Virus record (IMG/VR): IMGVR_UViG_3300009194_000029
Coordinates: 1-34,705 of that record
Length of the DNA: 34,705 nt
Reading direction: 5' to 3' (one strand)
Source: a virus
Lineage: Duplodnaviria > Caudoviricetes
In this document: piece after piece, positions 1 to 9,144 of the stretch
How the letters are laid out: every line of letters starts with the position of its first letter
Numbering within the stretch: the first letter of the stretch is position 1
Position numbers and translations under genes: made by a program
The notes under the pieces: model-generated
Seen by the model: the letters and a program-made list of their open reading frames with translations, nothing else
Told to the model about the DNA's origin: nothing
Database searches by the model: none

Positions 1-123
1 AGGATACGGAAGAACAACAGCCGAAATGAAGGACAAATCATACTGGTACGGCTGGACATTGAAGGGCTGGGCATTAAGCAGCGCAATAAACAACGGGTAT
101 CCGTTTTTTGCAACTGGATATAT
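1..123. repeat. Terminal direct repeat (copy 1); circular contig overlap
   Basis: Bases 1-123 are identical to 34583-34705, and the adhesin reading frame continues across the junction. Confidence 0.95.
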
Positions 124-1669
124 TGTAGAAATAAGCACCCTGCAGGACCTGCAGGACATAGACACGGGCGCGCCGCTCACATACATCCTCACCGCAGATA
201 TAGACGCCAGCGCCACAAGCACCTGGAACAGCGGCGCAGGCTTCGAGCCGATAGGGACACCAGATGCGCCCTTTCCGGGGACCTTCGACGGGCAGGGGCA
301 CACCATAACAGGCCTGACAATAGACAGGCAATCCACAGAGAACATCGGGCTGTTTGGATACACGAGTAAAGACGCCCACATAAAGAACGTCACCCTGGCA
401 AGCGTAGACATAAAAGGTGACGACGTGACAGGCGGGGTAGTGGGAGGCAACAATGGCCCAATAGAAAACGTCCACGTGACCGGGACCGTATACTCGGATG
501 GTAATTATGGTGGTGGAATCGCGGGACAGACAGCAGAAAACGGCACGATAACAGGATGTACCACCGCAGGCACGGTCACCGGCAAATCGGGGCGAGGTGG
601 AGGAATTGCGGGGTTATGCGAAGCTGGTATATATAATTGCGAATCAACCGCCGACGTAGACACATCCAGCTACTACGCGGGGGGAATTGTAGGGCAACTG
701 GAGACCGCAGAAAATGCCATCGTGGCATTCTGTACGAGCAGCGGCATAATAACAAGCACCTACGACAACATCGGAGGCATCGTCGGTAAAGCCGAATCAG
801 ACACAACGGTAAGGGACTGTTCAACAAGCGCCACGGTCACATCATCGAGGAACAGCGCAGGTGGAATCGTAGGGGAGGCCAAGGAAAACACAACAATACT
901 GAGATGCTACTCAACGGGTAACATCGAGGCGAGCAGCAACGACGCAGGAGGAGTGGTGGCGACGGGCAGAGGGGACGTAACGGATTGTAAAGCAACAGGC
1001 ACCGTAAAAGCAGGGTATAAAGTGGGCGGTATAATTGGATCCGCCACGAATGGCCAAGTAATAAATTGTTATTCCACCGCGGACGTAGAAGCTACCGGAA
1101 CTTCGGAATGTTGGGCAGGTGGCGGCATTGGGCAGAACGGCGGTGCCGCTGTGGCGTCCTGTTATTCAACAGGCACCGTGACCTACGCAAACAGCACATC
1201 CACCGGTGGGTTCTGCGGAAAACAAGACGCTGGGACTATAGACAATTGCTTCTGGGATACAGAGACATCCGGGATGAGCACCAGCAACGGAGGAACCGGG
1301 AAAACAACCGCAGAAATGAAGGACCCGCGGACCTTTACAGCCTGGGACATGACGACATGGGTGGTGCTATCGTATTTAAATAACGGATACCCAGAATTAG
1401 TGACCGTGGAACATTCAGGAACCTACAAGATAGAGGGCCAGGTATACGACGGCGGAGAGCCGGTAGAGAACGCTGTCATATACATAATTGACCCGGACAC
1501 CGTCGCAATAATACAGGTATGCAAGAGCGACGCAGACGGCAAATGGGCCGCAACGCAACTGCAGAACAAGGAATATCTCGTGGTCTCCGATCCATTCACC
1601 GAAACCGGCGCCAGCATATACAAGACGGCCACAGCATATCCCGCGATCCAGAGCATAACAAACGACTGA
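26..1669 (+). CDS. GLUG-repeat tail adhesin, C-terminal part (second GLUG module plus a carboxypeptidase-regulatory/prealbumin-like C-terminal domain)
   Basis: Repeated GGIVG/GGIAG..C.S.G.V motifs; C-terminal IEGQVYDGGEPVENAVI...SDADGKW; continuation of the ORF starting at 33657. Confidence 0.85.
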   Translation: MKDKSYWYGWTLKGWALSSAINNGYPFFATGYIVEISTLQDLQDIDTGAPLTYILTADIDASATSTWNSGAGFEPIGTPDAPFPGTFDGQGHTITGLTIDRQSTENIGLFGYTSKDAHIKNVTLASVDIKGDDVTGGVVGGNNGPIENVHVTGTVYSDGNYGGGIAGQTAENGTITGCTTAGTVTGKSGRGGGIAGLCEAGIYNCESTADVDTSSYYAGGIVGQLETAENAIVAFCTSSGIITSTYDNIGGIVGKAESDTTVRDCSTSATVTSSRNSAGGIVGEAKENTTILRCYSTGNIEASSNDAGGVVATGRGDVTDCKATGTVKAGYKVGGIIGSATNGQVINCYSTADVEATGTSECWAGGGIGQNGGAAVASCYSTGTVTYANSTSTGGFCGKQDAGTIDNCFWDTETSGMSTSNGGTGKTTAEMKDPRTFTAWDMTTWVVLSYLNNGYPELVTVEHSGTYKIEGQVYDGGEPVENAVIYIIDPDTVAIIQVCKSDADGKWAATQLQNKEYLVVSDPFTETGASIYKTATAYPAIQSITND

Positions 1670-1673
1670 TATC

Positions 1674-3200
1674 ATGCCACAACCCCCGCTGAACATAGCA
1701 ATCCGACAGGAGCAGCAGCCAGACGCAGACAACGTCTCGATCGTTTCTGGCAGAGGAATGCCAGGCAAGCCCACCCAAGGCGACGTCACCGTCAGCACCC
1801 GGTCGGGCCAGGCGCAGGACCCAGGTACCGCGGCGTTTGCTGTATATACAGGAACCGGCCGGATACTGACATCCAGTTTAACAGCGGCGGTCATTGTTGC
1901 GGGGGCAGGCATAGAATCCTACCGCTCCCTGGTTTCCAGTTTGCAGGCCGCGGTCACGGTTTCGTCAGGGAATCCCCAGGTATATATATATACAAGCCTG
2001 GGGGAATTCAACCCCATCTCCGTGGACATACGCAGAGCGATCACGGACGTGACCTGGACCATGTCCGCAGAGTTTGCAGGCATCCGGGCACCAGCCATGC
2101 ACCGCCACATGCGGTACCAGGCAATCGACGCCGACGGCAACCCGCAATGGCTCTTCACAGGCATCGTCCCGGACCGCTCGTACAAAATGCAGGTAGCGGA
2201 GACCAGGACCAGCGTGAACGCATACGATTATGGCTTTTTCCTCTCACAACAGCAGGTACCCTACGACGAAACCACGATGGACCTGCAAGGGGATTATAGT
2301 TCATGGGACGAATGGATCACCCACCTATTAGAGGGGACCAAGATCCTGCCGCACCGGATAAACCCGTGCTCCGCAGAAGATACAGAGTTTTCCTTTACAC
2401 CCAAGACGACCAAGATCGAGGCAGCCAGGAAAATCGCGAAATATACTGATTTTATTTTTTATGTCTACTGGATAAACAAAGGCACAGACGACAAACCGCA
2501 ACTCCGGCCCGCGGCATATTTTGTACATATCGACGACATCGACGACCCGACAATCGGGCTCGACTTACCGGCACCATACACCGTCACCATCGACGACACC
2601 ACCTTAATCGATATACCAGACATCCAAACGATAGCAGACGAGGAATATAATCGAGTAATTGTCAGGGGCAACGACGGAGGCGGGACCTGGTACACCGCCA
2701 TCGAGGAGACAGCCGAGGTAACAAACGGGGACGAGGTGGCCAGGGAATACTACGAGGAGGAATCACGATGGAACACACAGGCAAAGACGGACGCCAGGGC
2801 AACTGACCTGCTCGGTTTCTTTACAACGGACCGGTACAAGGTCCGTGCAACGTTCATAAAGCGGCACAACCTGCGACCATGGCAAAAAATCCGGTTCCAG
2901 GGCCCAGGGTTCCCGGACAGCCTCACCGACATGGGCTGGTTGAGAATAACAAACATCCAACACCGCATCAGCCACCTGGACGACACCGTCCAAATAGAGG
3001 CAGTCCCGGACACGAACATCAACCTGGAATGGTTGGAGAACACCAACGACGACTCAGTCACAGAAACAGAGACAATCGTGGACAACAAGATCGAGACCCG
3101 GCCGGGGCCGCAGATCGGCACGGTCACGGCCATCGACGGCAACACCGCAACCGTGGAAACAGAGCGCGGTGACATCATCAAAGCAAGGATCGTGGAATAA
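1674..3200 (+). CDS. Baseplate hub / tail-tip protein (putative)
   Basis: 508 aa in the tail module; YNRVIVRG motif typical of hub proteins; C-terminal OB-like IGTVTAIDGNTATV. Confidence 0.6.
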   Translation: MPQPPLNIAIRQEQQPDADNVSIVSGRGMPGKPTQGDVTVSTRSGQAQDPGTAAFAVYTGTGRILTSSLTAAVIVAGAGIESYRSLVSSLQAAVTVSSGNPQVYIYTSLGEFNPISVDIRRAITDVTWTMSAEFAGIRAPAMHRHMRYQAIDADGNPQWLFTGIVPDRSYKMQVAETRTSVNAYDYGFFLSQQQVPYDETTMDLQGDYSSWDEWITHLLEGTKILPHRINPCSAEDTEFSFTPKTTKIEAARKIAKYTDFIFYVYWINKGTDDKPQLRPAAYFVHIDDIDDPTIGLDLPAPYTVTIDDTTLIDIPDIQTIADEEYNRVIVRGNDGGGTWYTAIEETAEVTNGDEVAREYYEEESRWNTQAKTDARATDLLGFFTTDRYKVRATFIKRHNLRPWQKIRFQGPGFPDSLTDMGWLRITNIQHRISHLDDTVQIEAVPDTNINLEWLENTNDDSVTETETIVDNKIETRPGPQIGTVTAIDGNTATVETERGDIIKARIVE

Positions 3201-4324
3201 TGCAGGTAAACGACAGGGTGATGTTAATCCCACGCGACCGCGGCCGGCACATATCCCTGCCGAAATATACACCCGCGGTAGGAGACACGGCCATCGTGTA
3301 CCCGGGACAGGACGGTCAGCATTTCCTGGTTGAGACAACCTCTGCATCCATAGGCCTCAAATATCCGATCATCAACGGCACCATTGCAGGACGACATCGA
3401 CACACGCGCTGTATCCGGACCATAGAGGACCTACAAAACATTAAAGCAGACCCAACGGGCGAATATGTGATATAGGAAGACATCGACGCAAGTGAAACGG
3501 CGGTGTGGAACGGAGGCGCAGGATTTAGCCCTATATCCGTCATGGAAGATTGTACAATCGACGGGCAGGGGCACACCATAACAGGCCTTCATATTGACAG
3601 AACCGACCTATATCAAACCGGTTTTATACAGCAAATAAAGAACAGCGTCTTAAAAAATATTGGATTTGACGACATATATATAAAAGGTAATCACAACGTC
3701 GGGGGGATGTTTGGGTTGCAATATTACGGCAACGTCACAGTTGAAAATTGTTATACAACCGGTACCATCGTCGCATCCAGAGCAGCCGGTGGAATAGGCG
3801 GGTATAGTAGGGACGGCCTCAATATAATAAATTGCCATTCCGACTGTTCCGTCTCCTGCGGCGACCAAGCAGGCGGCATAATTGGATATTCAGAAGGCAC
3901 AATCGAGAGAACGTACGCAACAGGGGAAATCACGGGCGGAGGAAAATCGTCCGGTGGCCTGGTCGGTTGGCTATATAATGGCACCGCGAATAATTGCTAC
4001 GCGACGGGCAACGTACATGGATATGACACGGTAGGGGGGCTCATTGGTAGCGGCGGAACCGTATATAATTGTTATTCGACGGGGCAAGTCCAGGGCACAT
4101 ATAACCTCGGCGGGCTCTCCGGAGGACACACCAATGCCACTAATTCTTATTGGAACACAGAGACGTCCGGGATGAGCATCAGCTACGGAGGATATGGAAG
4201 AACAACCGACCAGATGACCGACCCCTACGCGGACAACACCTACGTGGGGTGGGATTTTACAAATATATGGATAAACGCAGGATCAGGCACGTACCCCATC
4301 CTCGTCCCGGTCACCTCCCCGTGA
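3200..4324 (+). CDS. Second tail adhesin with a GLUG module, containing an in-frame TAG at 3473-3475 (374 codons if read through)
   Basis: ORFs 3200-3475 and 3503-4324 share one frame; TIEDLQNI..EYVI*EDIDASETAVWNGGAGF aligns across the stop with TLQDLQDI..TYILTADIDASATSTWNSGAGF. Confidence 0.75.
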
Positions 4325-4685
4325 CCGCATACCGCAGGGCCGCCCATCTCCCACGCCGCGGTTCATACAATGCCATGCGCTGCTCGGCCAGGGACGCCAT
4401 GCGGGAAATATATGCAGAATTCGCCCCCTCCAGAGCCGCGATCCTGGCGTCCTTTGTCTCTATCTGTTCTTTTAGGAAGTTGAACACCTCCACACCCATG
4501 CCGTTATCGGTAGCGTGCGACGCGGTGTTATCGTTTTGATAACAACCGTTATCACCAATGCCGTACCGGGCCCGCAGGGCAGAAATAACCACCGCCGCAT
4601 TTGAGGTCTCTGACTCCTGTGCCTCTTTTTCAACCATGGCCCGCAACGAGGCGGGGACCCGGACGTTCAACTGTACTCGACCCAT
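4311..4685 (-). CDS. Ribbon-helix-helix (Arc/CopG-like) regulator with C-terminal coiled coil
   Basis: MGRVQLNVRVPASLRAMVEKEAQESETSNAAVVISAL fits the RHH pattern; LKEQIETKDARIAALE coiled coil; only credible minus-strand gene. Confidence 0.75.
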   Translation of the reverse strand: MGRVQLNVRVPASLRAMVEKEAQESETSNAAVVISALRARYGIGDNGCYQNDNTASHATDNGMGVEVFNFLKEQIETKDARIAALEGANSAYISRMASLAEQRMALYEPRRGRWAALRYAVTGR

Positions 4686-4785
4686 AGATAACAGTAAATA
4701 GCAAACCGATATCAAATTTAGTATTGCAGCCGACGCAATACAACCAGCGGCAAAAATAACCCTGGCGCATAAATAATCAGGAAAT

Positions 4786-4797
4786 GGAGTATACTCC
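4786..4797. promoter_or_regulatory. Perfect 12-bp palindrome GGAGTATACTCC, candidate operator
   Basis: Lies in the divergent region between the RHH gene and the first early promoter. Confidence 0.3.
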
Positions 4798-4997
4798 TTG
4801 CACGGGGGAACACGTGGGGCGAGGAGACCAGAGCGACCGTGACGCGGCGCGGGGGCGGTATGTGCGGGCCAGGTCACCGGTTCCAAACGATATACGAATG
4901 CAAACGTTCTGGACCACCACCCCCCTATTAACCATACCAACAACACGCTGGGACGCATAGCACAACACCCGGGGCAAACATAGACAGTGTGCCATAA

Positions 4998-5033
4998 TAC
5001 CGAAGGTTTTATATATACACGGGTCGTAGTACG
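4998..5033 (+). promoter_or_regulatory. Conserved early promoter, copy 1 (36-bp core)
   Basis: TACCGAAGGTTTTATATATACACGGGTCGTAGTACG: BRE-like purines plus TATA box, identical to the core of copies 2 and 4. Confidence 0.85.
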
Positions 5034-5061
5034 TTTATCGGCGAGAGCCGGAGGACGTAAA

Positions 5062-5355
5062 ATGCACACGACAATGCCAATATACATAATGAGACCAGAA
5101 GTAAACGAGACGGGGCCCGGATATCGCGTAGTTGAAATCCGGAACAAGCCGTACATACATGACCTGCAGAATAAGATCCCCCTCCTGGACGGCGGCATAT
5201 ATACCGCAGCAGAGGGGGCGTTTATACCCTACGAGCAGTACGAGCAAATCCAGGACATAGGCGCAAAGGTGCAGTTTTTCATGCACGTGCCCACATGGGC
5301 AGACATGGAACAGATCGCGGCCATGGTGGAGGAATACAGGGAGGACCAGGCATGA
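5062..5355 (+). CDS. Hypothetical early protein (97 aa)
   Basis: GGAGG precedes ATG 5062, downstream of promoter copy 1. Confidence 0.7.
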   Translation: MHTTMPIYIMRPEVNETGPGYRVVEIRNKPYIHDLQNKIPLLDGGIYTAAEGAFIPYEQYEQIQDIGAKVQFFMHVPTWADMEQIAAMVEEYREDQA

Positions 5356-5525
5356 ACGTAGAGGCAATGGTAATCCTGGAGGAAGCAGCGAAAACAGCAG
5401 AGCAACACGCGCAGGACCTCCGGGTTAAATATCCAGGCCTGGCCGCAGACATGCGCAACAGAGCACAACGCTACCGCGACGCAATCACGGACCTGAAGCA
5501 GCCGACGCCCACAAGCCACATATAA
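5352..5525 (+). CDS. Hypothetical helical protein (57 aa)
   Basis: ATGA overlap with the previous gene; MNVEAMVILEEAAK... Confidence 0.65.
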   Translation: MNVEAMVILEEAAKTAEQHAQDLRVKYPGLAADMRNRAQRYRDAITDLKQPTPTSHI

Positions 5526-5584
5526 AGGCATGTAGTACCGAAGGTTTTATATATACACGGGTCGTAGTACGGTATAGAGGCAAA
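5522..5584 (+). promoter_or_regulatory. Conserved early promoter, copy 2 (63 bp)
   Basis: ATAAAGGCATGTAGTACCGAAGGTTTTATATATACACGGGTCGTAGTACGGTATAGAGGCAAA. Confidence 0.9.
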
Positions 5585-5604
5585 CGCCCCGGAGGAAATA
5601 CAAA

Positions 5605-5784
5605 ATGCAACACAAAGACATCCTGAACGACATGCAGTACATCCTTGAGGAAGACTACGGAATGACCACCAAGGACAAGCGCTACGAAAACGACTACGGA
5701 GAAGACGAGGAGCGCAACGGCGCACTCCTCGAGATAAAGGACGCGGACGGCAAGACCCACGTAATCAGAATCACGGAGGAATAA
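5605..5784 (+). CDS. Small acidic early protein (59 aa, not in the ORF track)
   Basis: GGAGG upstream; MQHKDILNDMQYILEEDYGMTTKDKRYENDYGEDEERNGALLEIKDADGKTHVIRITEE. Confidence 0.75.
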   Translation: MQHKDILNDMQYILEEDYGMTTKDKRYENDYGEDEERNGALLEIKDADGKTHVIRITEE

Positions 5785-5787
5785 ACG

Positions 5788-6480
5788 ATGACCCACAACG
5801 ACACACAGAGACGCGAACCCGTGCCCTGGGAGATATGGCCCAGGGAGGACCTGGCAGAATACCACCTGAAATCAATGGGCTGGGAGCCAGGCAGAGCAGG
5901 AGACGCAATCAACGCAGCCAAAATGGCACACCCGGTGAATGTGATGCAATACCTACGCCAGCGCATCCTGGACGTGGACGAGGAGACCGGTGACAAGATC
6001 CTGGCAGACATCGCTGCCCTGGGCGACGACCGGGACACCTGGCACCACACCCGGAAGGTCTACATCGACCGCTTCATGACAAAAGCGGAATATGCCCTGG
6101 AGGAGGCATGCTACACGGTGGAGGCGACGACGAACACCAGACATTCAGCCCTTTACACCGCGCTCATGGGCCTGGAGGTTATGAACGAGGCACGCGGCCG
6201 GGACCCATGGGGGATATTGATCGATAAACTCGAGACCATGTACAAGGACGCCAGCAGAGGCCGCAAGGCCAGGTACAGGAACGACATCCGCATCCTTGTG
6301 AAATGGAGAGCAGCACACTCCACCGGGCACGAGGCATGGGACCAGATGATCCAAGAACCGCACAAAATACACACTATCGGGCCAGAAGACCTGGCCCCTG
6401 CGGCCATACCGGACAACATCAAGGTAGTGAAATGCCCGAAGGGAATATGGTACAAGGCATCCAGGAATGTAGTGAAATGA
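5788..6480 (+). CDS. Hypothetical protein, member of the early paralogous family (start could be GTG 5821)
   Basis: 230-aa ORF containing W..L...L......AS..RKA...NDI. Confidence 0.7.
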   Translation: MTHNDTQRREPVPWEIWPREDLAEYHLKSMGWEPGRAGDAINAAKMAHPVNVMQYLRQRILDVDEETGDKILADIAALGDDRDTWHHTRKVYIDRFMTKAEYALEEACYTVEATTNTRHSALYTALMGLEVMNEARGRDPWGILIDKLETMYKDASRGRKARYRNDIRILVKWRAAHSTGHEAWDQMIQEPHKIHTIGPEDLAPAAIPDNIKVVKCPKGIWYKASRNVVK

Positions 6481-6710
6481 GGATAGCACCATACACCGTG
6501 GCGAACGGGATCGGAATTTTATCGGCAGAGGGGGAGACGGAGGCAGCCCTGGCACTCCTCCAACTCCACCGAGCCAGGATGGGACGGAGGCACAGGGCCC
6601 GAAAAACGTTTAAGCGATACCTTAACAGTATACCGAATCATACATATACAAAACCGTACAATGTACCCTACCGACAGATAACACGGAGGCAACATGAAAC
6701 GCAGCAATAA
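6477..6710 (+). CDS. Hypothetical basic protein (77 aa)
   Basis: ATGA overlap; MRIAPYTVANG... Confidence 0.5.
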   Translation: MRIAPYTVANGIGILSAEGETEAALALLQLHRARMGRRHRARKTFKRYLNSIPNHTYTKPYNVPYRQITRRQHETQQ

Positions 6711-7035
6711 ACAGGACCAGAACATGGACCGCATGCGCCTGGCGCTCAGCACGGAGCGATGCAAGGACGAGATATGCATCCCGGTCTCATTTTTCAAAAA
6801 GTACCGGAATATAAACCCAGGCCAGGTCCTGGCCCTATACCTATGCGACGAAATGGGCATGGGGTGGACCGAGGCAGGCAGGCTGGTAGGCAGGAGCGAC
6901 TCGACGATCCGCAAATCCTACGCAATAGCCAAAGAAAAGCAATCCGAACAAACATCACAGACCCACAACGACACAACAGGAGACGACCCAACATGGTACG
7001 AAAAGGAGACCCAGCAACCCCCGACAACAATGTGA
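6694..7035 (+). CDS. Helix-turn-helix DNA-binding protein
   Basis: GMGWTEAGRLVGRSDSTIRKSY is an HTH pattern; GGAGG upstream. Confidence 0.7.
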   Translation: MKRSNKQDQNMDRMRLALSTERCKDEICIPVSFFKKYRNINPGQVLALYLCDEMGMGWTEAGRLVGRSDSTIRKSYAIAKEKQSEQTSQTHNDTTGDDPTWYEKETQQPPTTM

Positions 7036-8105
7036 CCAGATACTGCGCAGATTGCGACGCGGAGGTCACGGAGACCAAAGCAAAGCAGACGTTCATGAAA
7101 TACGACCGGATACTGTGCGGCAAATGCGCCGAGACGGAGCAGGCAGAACGGGACGGAACAACACCCCCCACACAGGCCGCACATGACCCGGCTCCGGCCA
7201 CAGCAACCCCGCAAATATACCGCCATGACCCCCAGAAAGGGGACATATACATGGTACCCAAGAATGTCGGCAGACCAGAAGGGACCACATGGCAGGGTAT
7301 GGTCAGACCGGAGAAACACGGGCAGGAATACACGCTTTTTATATACACGCCGGAACAGCCGGACCAGGCGAACACCCCGCCACCACAGGAGGCACCCGCT
7401 GAACCAGAACCCGAGTACACCGAGTACGAGGAGGTCCCGGCCACCCAGACACCCGCTACACAGACCCCACCGCAACAGGTCACCGTCCGTGGCCAGACAC
7501 GGCAGGTAATCCAACCGCCCCAGGAGCTGACCTACCAGGGCGACATGGAACTCAACGTCGACATAATCAAGCAATATATCAACCCGGAGCTGACCGACCG
7601 GGAGGCATACGGGTTTTTAATGCTCTGCAAGGCACGGCGTCTGAACCCGTTTACCAAGGAATGCTACGCGATAAAATACAAGCCGCGCAGCGGGCAACCT
7701 GCCAAGCCGGCAGAAATGGTGATCGGAAAAGATGCGTTCACAAGCCGCGCGGAGCAACATGCGGCATTTGATGGTTTCAAAGCCGGGATAATCGTCATGC
7801 AGGACAACAGCGCTGACCTGACGTACCGCGAGGGGACAATTGTACTCGACGACGAGAAAATAATCGGCGGTTGGGCGGAGGTCCACCGGATAGACAAATC
7901 CCTACCATTCAGGACCGAGGTCAGCATGAAAGAGTACAACAAGGGGATGAGCACATGGAAACAGATCCCCGGCACGATGATCAGAAAGGTAGCACTCGTA
8001 CAGGCGCTACGCGAATCATTCCCATCCGTCCTGGGTGGCCTTTACGACCGCGCAGAGATAGAGAGCAACGACGCAAAGGTGGTCGGCCCAGGCGCAACCG
8101 CCTGA
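6993..8105 (+). CDS. bet: Single-strand annealing recombinase, Bet/RecT family, with N-terminal Zn-finger-like CxxC..CxxC
   Basis: FLMLCKARRLNPFTKECYAIKY, GKDAF, GGWAEV.R.D, W..IPGTMIRKVALVQALRESFP; start at ATG 6993 after GGAGACGACCCAAC (alternative GTG 7032). Confidence 0.85.
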   Translation: MVRKGDPATPDNNVTRYCADCDAEVTETKAKQTFMKYDRILCGKCAETEQAERDGTTPPTQAAHDPAPATATPQIYRHDPQKGDIYMVPKNVGRPEGTTWQGMVRPEKHGQEYTLFIYTPEQPDQANTPPPQEAPAEPEPEYTEYEEVPATQTPATQTPPQQVTVRGQTRQVIQPPQELTYQGDMELNVDIIKQYINPELTDREAYGFLMLCKARRLNPFTKECYAIKYKPRSGQPAKPAEMVIGKDAFTSRAEQHAAFDGFKAGIIVMQDNSADLTYREGTIVLDDEKIIGGWAEVHRIDKSLPFRTEVSMKEYNKGMSTWKQIPGTMIRKVALVQALRESFPSVLGGLYDRAEIESNDAKVVGPGATA

Positions 8106-8135
8106 TCCCCACACAACACACACGGAGACAGACAC

Positions 8136-8405
8136 ATGAAAACAAAAATCGAAATGGAAATAAGCAAAGTTACATCGAAGCACGAGGTAGGAAAAGCAGA
8201 CACACATAAGGTCGTCATGACCGGGTGCCTGCATGGAATAGACATCAAAATGGAGATGACATCGGATGAACTCGCCATGATAGAGGAAATCGCGCCAATA
8301 TACCCAGGCAGACCCGTAGCCGTGACCATTGAGGACAACCAAGCCGTCCTGCAGCAATGGGCATCGCAGGAGGCAGCACACAATGCAACGGAGGTCAGCA
8401 GATGA
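8136..8405 (+). CDS. Hypothetical protein (89 aa)
   Basis: GGAG upstream; coupled to the next gene. Confidence 0.7.
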   Translation: MKTKIEMEISKVTSKHEVGKADTHKVVMTGCLHGIDIKMEMTSDELAMIEEIAPIYPGRPVAVTIEDNQAVLQQWASQEAAHNATEVSR

Positions 8406-8935
8406 GCGACCAGGACCACGTGGATGCCCCACTCACCCCCGCCGGCACAGATGACCATGTCCCGGGCCTCCTTGACCCCCAGGGAATAGAAGACGCATTC
8501 TACCAGATCAACGCCCTACGCAGGGAGATGGTGATCGCCAGCGCCGCCCTGACCGCAGAACGGGAGGAAATAGAGGAGCAGATGAACAACGTGAATGCCC
8601 GCATCAGCGACGCAATCGGACCATACGCGGAGGAAATAGAGCGCCTCAAGCACGATATCGAGAAGGCGGTCATGTATAGGCAGAGCAGCGAAAAGACGGA
8701 CGCAGGCAAAGCCACCTACTACAAGGCCCGCAAACCCAGCATAAAATGGGACGACAAGGCCCTGCAGGGATATGCAATCGATCATCCCGAAATAATGAAA
8801 TTCAGAACCGAGGGCAAACCAGGCAAACCACGGGTCAAAATCGACCTGCCCGAGATGCCCAGCAGGGAAACAATAATCAGTGACGCAGAAGCCGCAGGGG
8901 GGCTGCAGTACAGCACCCCCGGGGGAGCAGAATGA
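8402..8935 (+). CDS. Gam-like / siphovirus Gp157-like coiled-coil protein (putative DNA end protection)
   Basis: Long coiled coil followed by GKATY...SIKWDDKAL.GYA..HPEI..FR..GKP; next to the recombinase. Confidence 0.5.
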   Translation: MSDQDHVDAPLTPAGTDDHVPGLLDPQGIEDAFYQINALRREMVIASAALTAEREEIEEQMNNVNARISDAIGPYAEEIERLKHDIEKAVMYRQSSEKTDAGKATYYKARKPSIKWDDKALQGYAIDHPEIMKFRTEGKPGKPRVKIDLPEMPSRETIISDAEAAGGLQYSTPGGAE

Positions 8936-9144
8936 GCACAAGTACGCGGTCAGGAATCAACCGCGCCAGGGAACAGAAGGACCACCTGGAGCAGGAGATC
9001 CACCGCGCCGTCGCGAGGTTTGAGGAAGGCACCGGGCTGCACGTCACGGACATCTGGACAGAGACGGCACACGGGGAACCAGGGACCTATCCCATCAGAC
9101 AGGTCGCCCGCGTAAACATCCGGACGGAAATGGAGACCAGGTGA
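8932..9144 (+). CDS. Hypothetical phage protein (70 aa)
   Basis: ATGA-coupled; LEQEI...V.RFEEGTGLHV.DI. Confidence 0.65.
   Translation: MSTSTRSGINRAREQKDHLEQEIHRAVARFEEGTGLHVTDIWTETAHGEPGTYPIRQVARVNIRTEMETR

Noticed and set aside
1-123. Biological terminal repeat of the packaged genome
   Set aside because: It falls mid-gene and is best explained as assembler overlap of a circular or permuted genome; read-end data would be needed
194-318. Diversity-generating retroelement template/variable repeat pair in the adhesins
   Set aside because: No reverse transcriptase gene; mismatches are not confined to adenines of one copy; both copies are coding N-terminal parts of modules
4784-4960. Plus-strand ORF from ATG 4784 ending in TAG, as a second readthrough case or a TAG-stop counterexample
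   Set aside because: No Shine-Dalgarno, no protein-like features, and readthrough would run through the promoter; not supported as a gene, though it should be checked because it bears on the TAG claim
4686-5198. N-terminal 171-aa extension of the minus-strand 295-aa ORF
   Set aside because: It runs antisense through promoter copy 1 and gene 5062; the RHH pattern begins at the ATG at 4685
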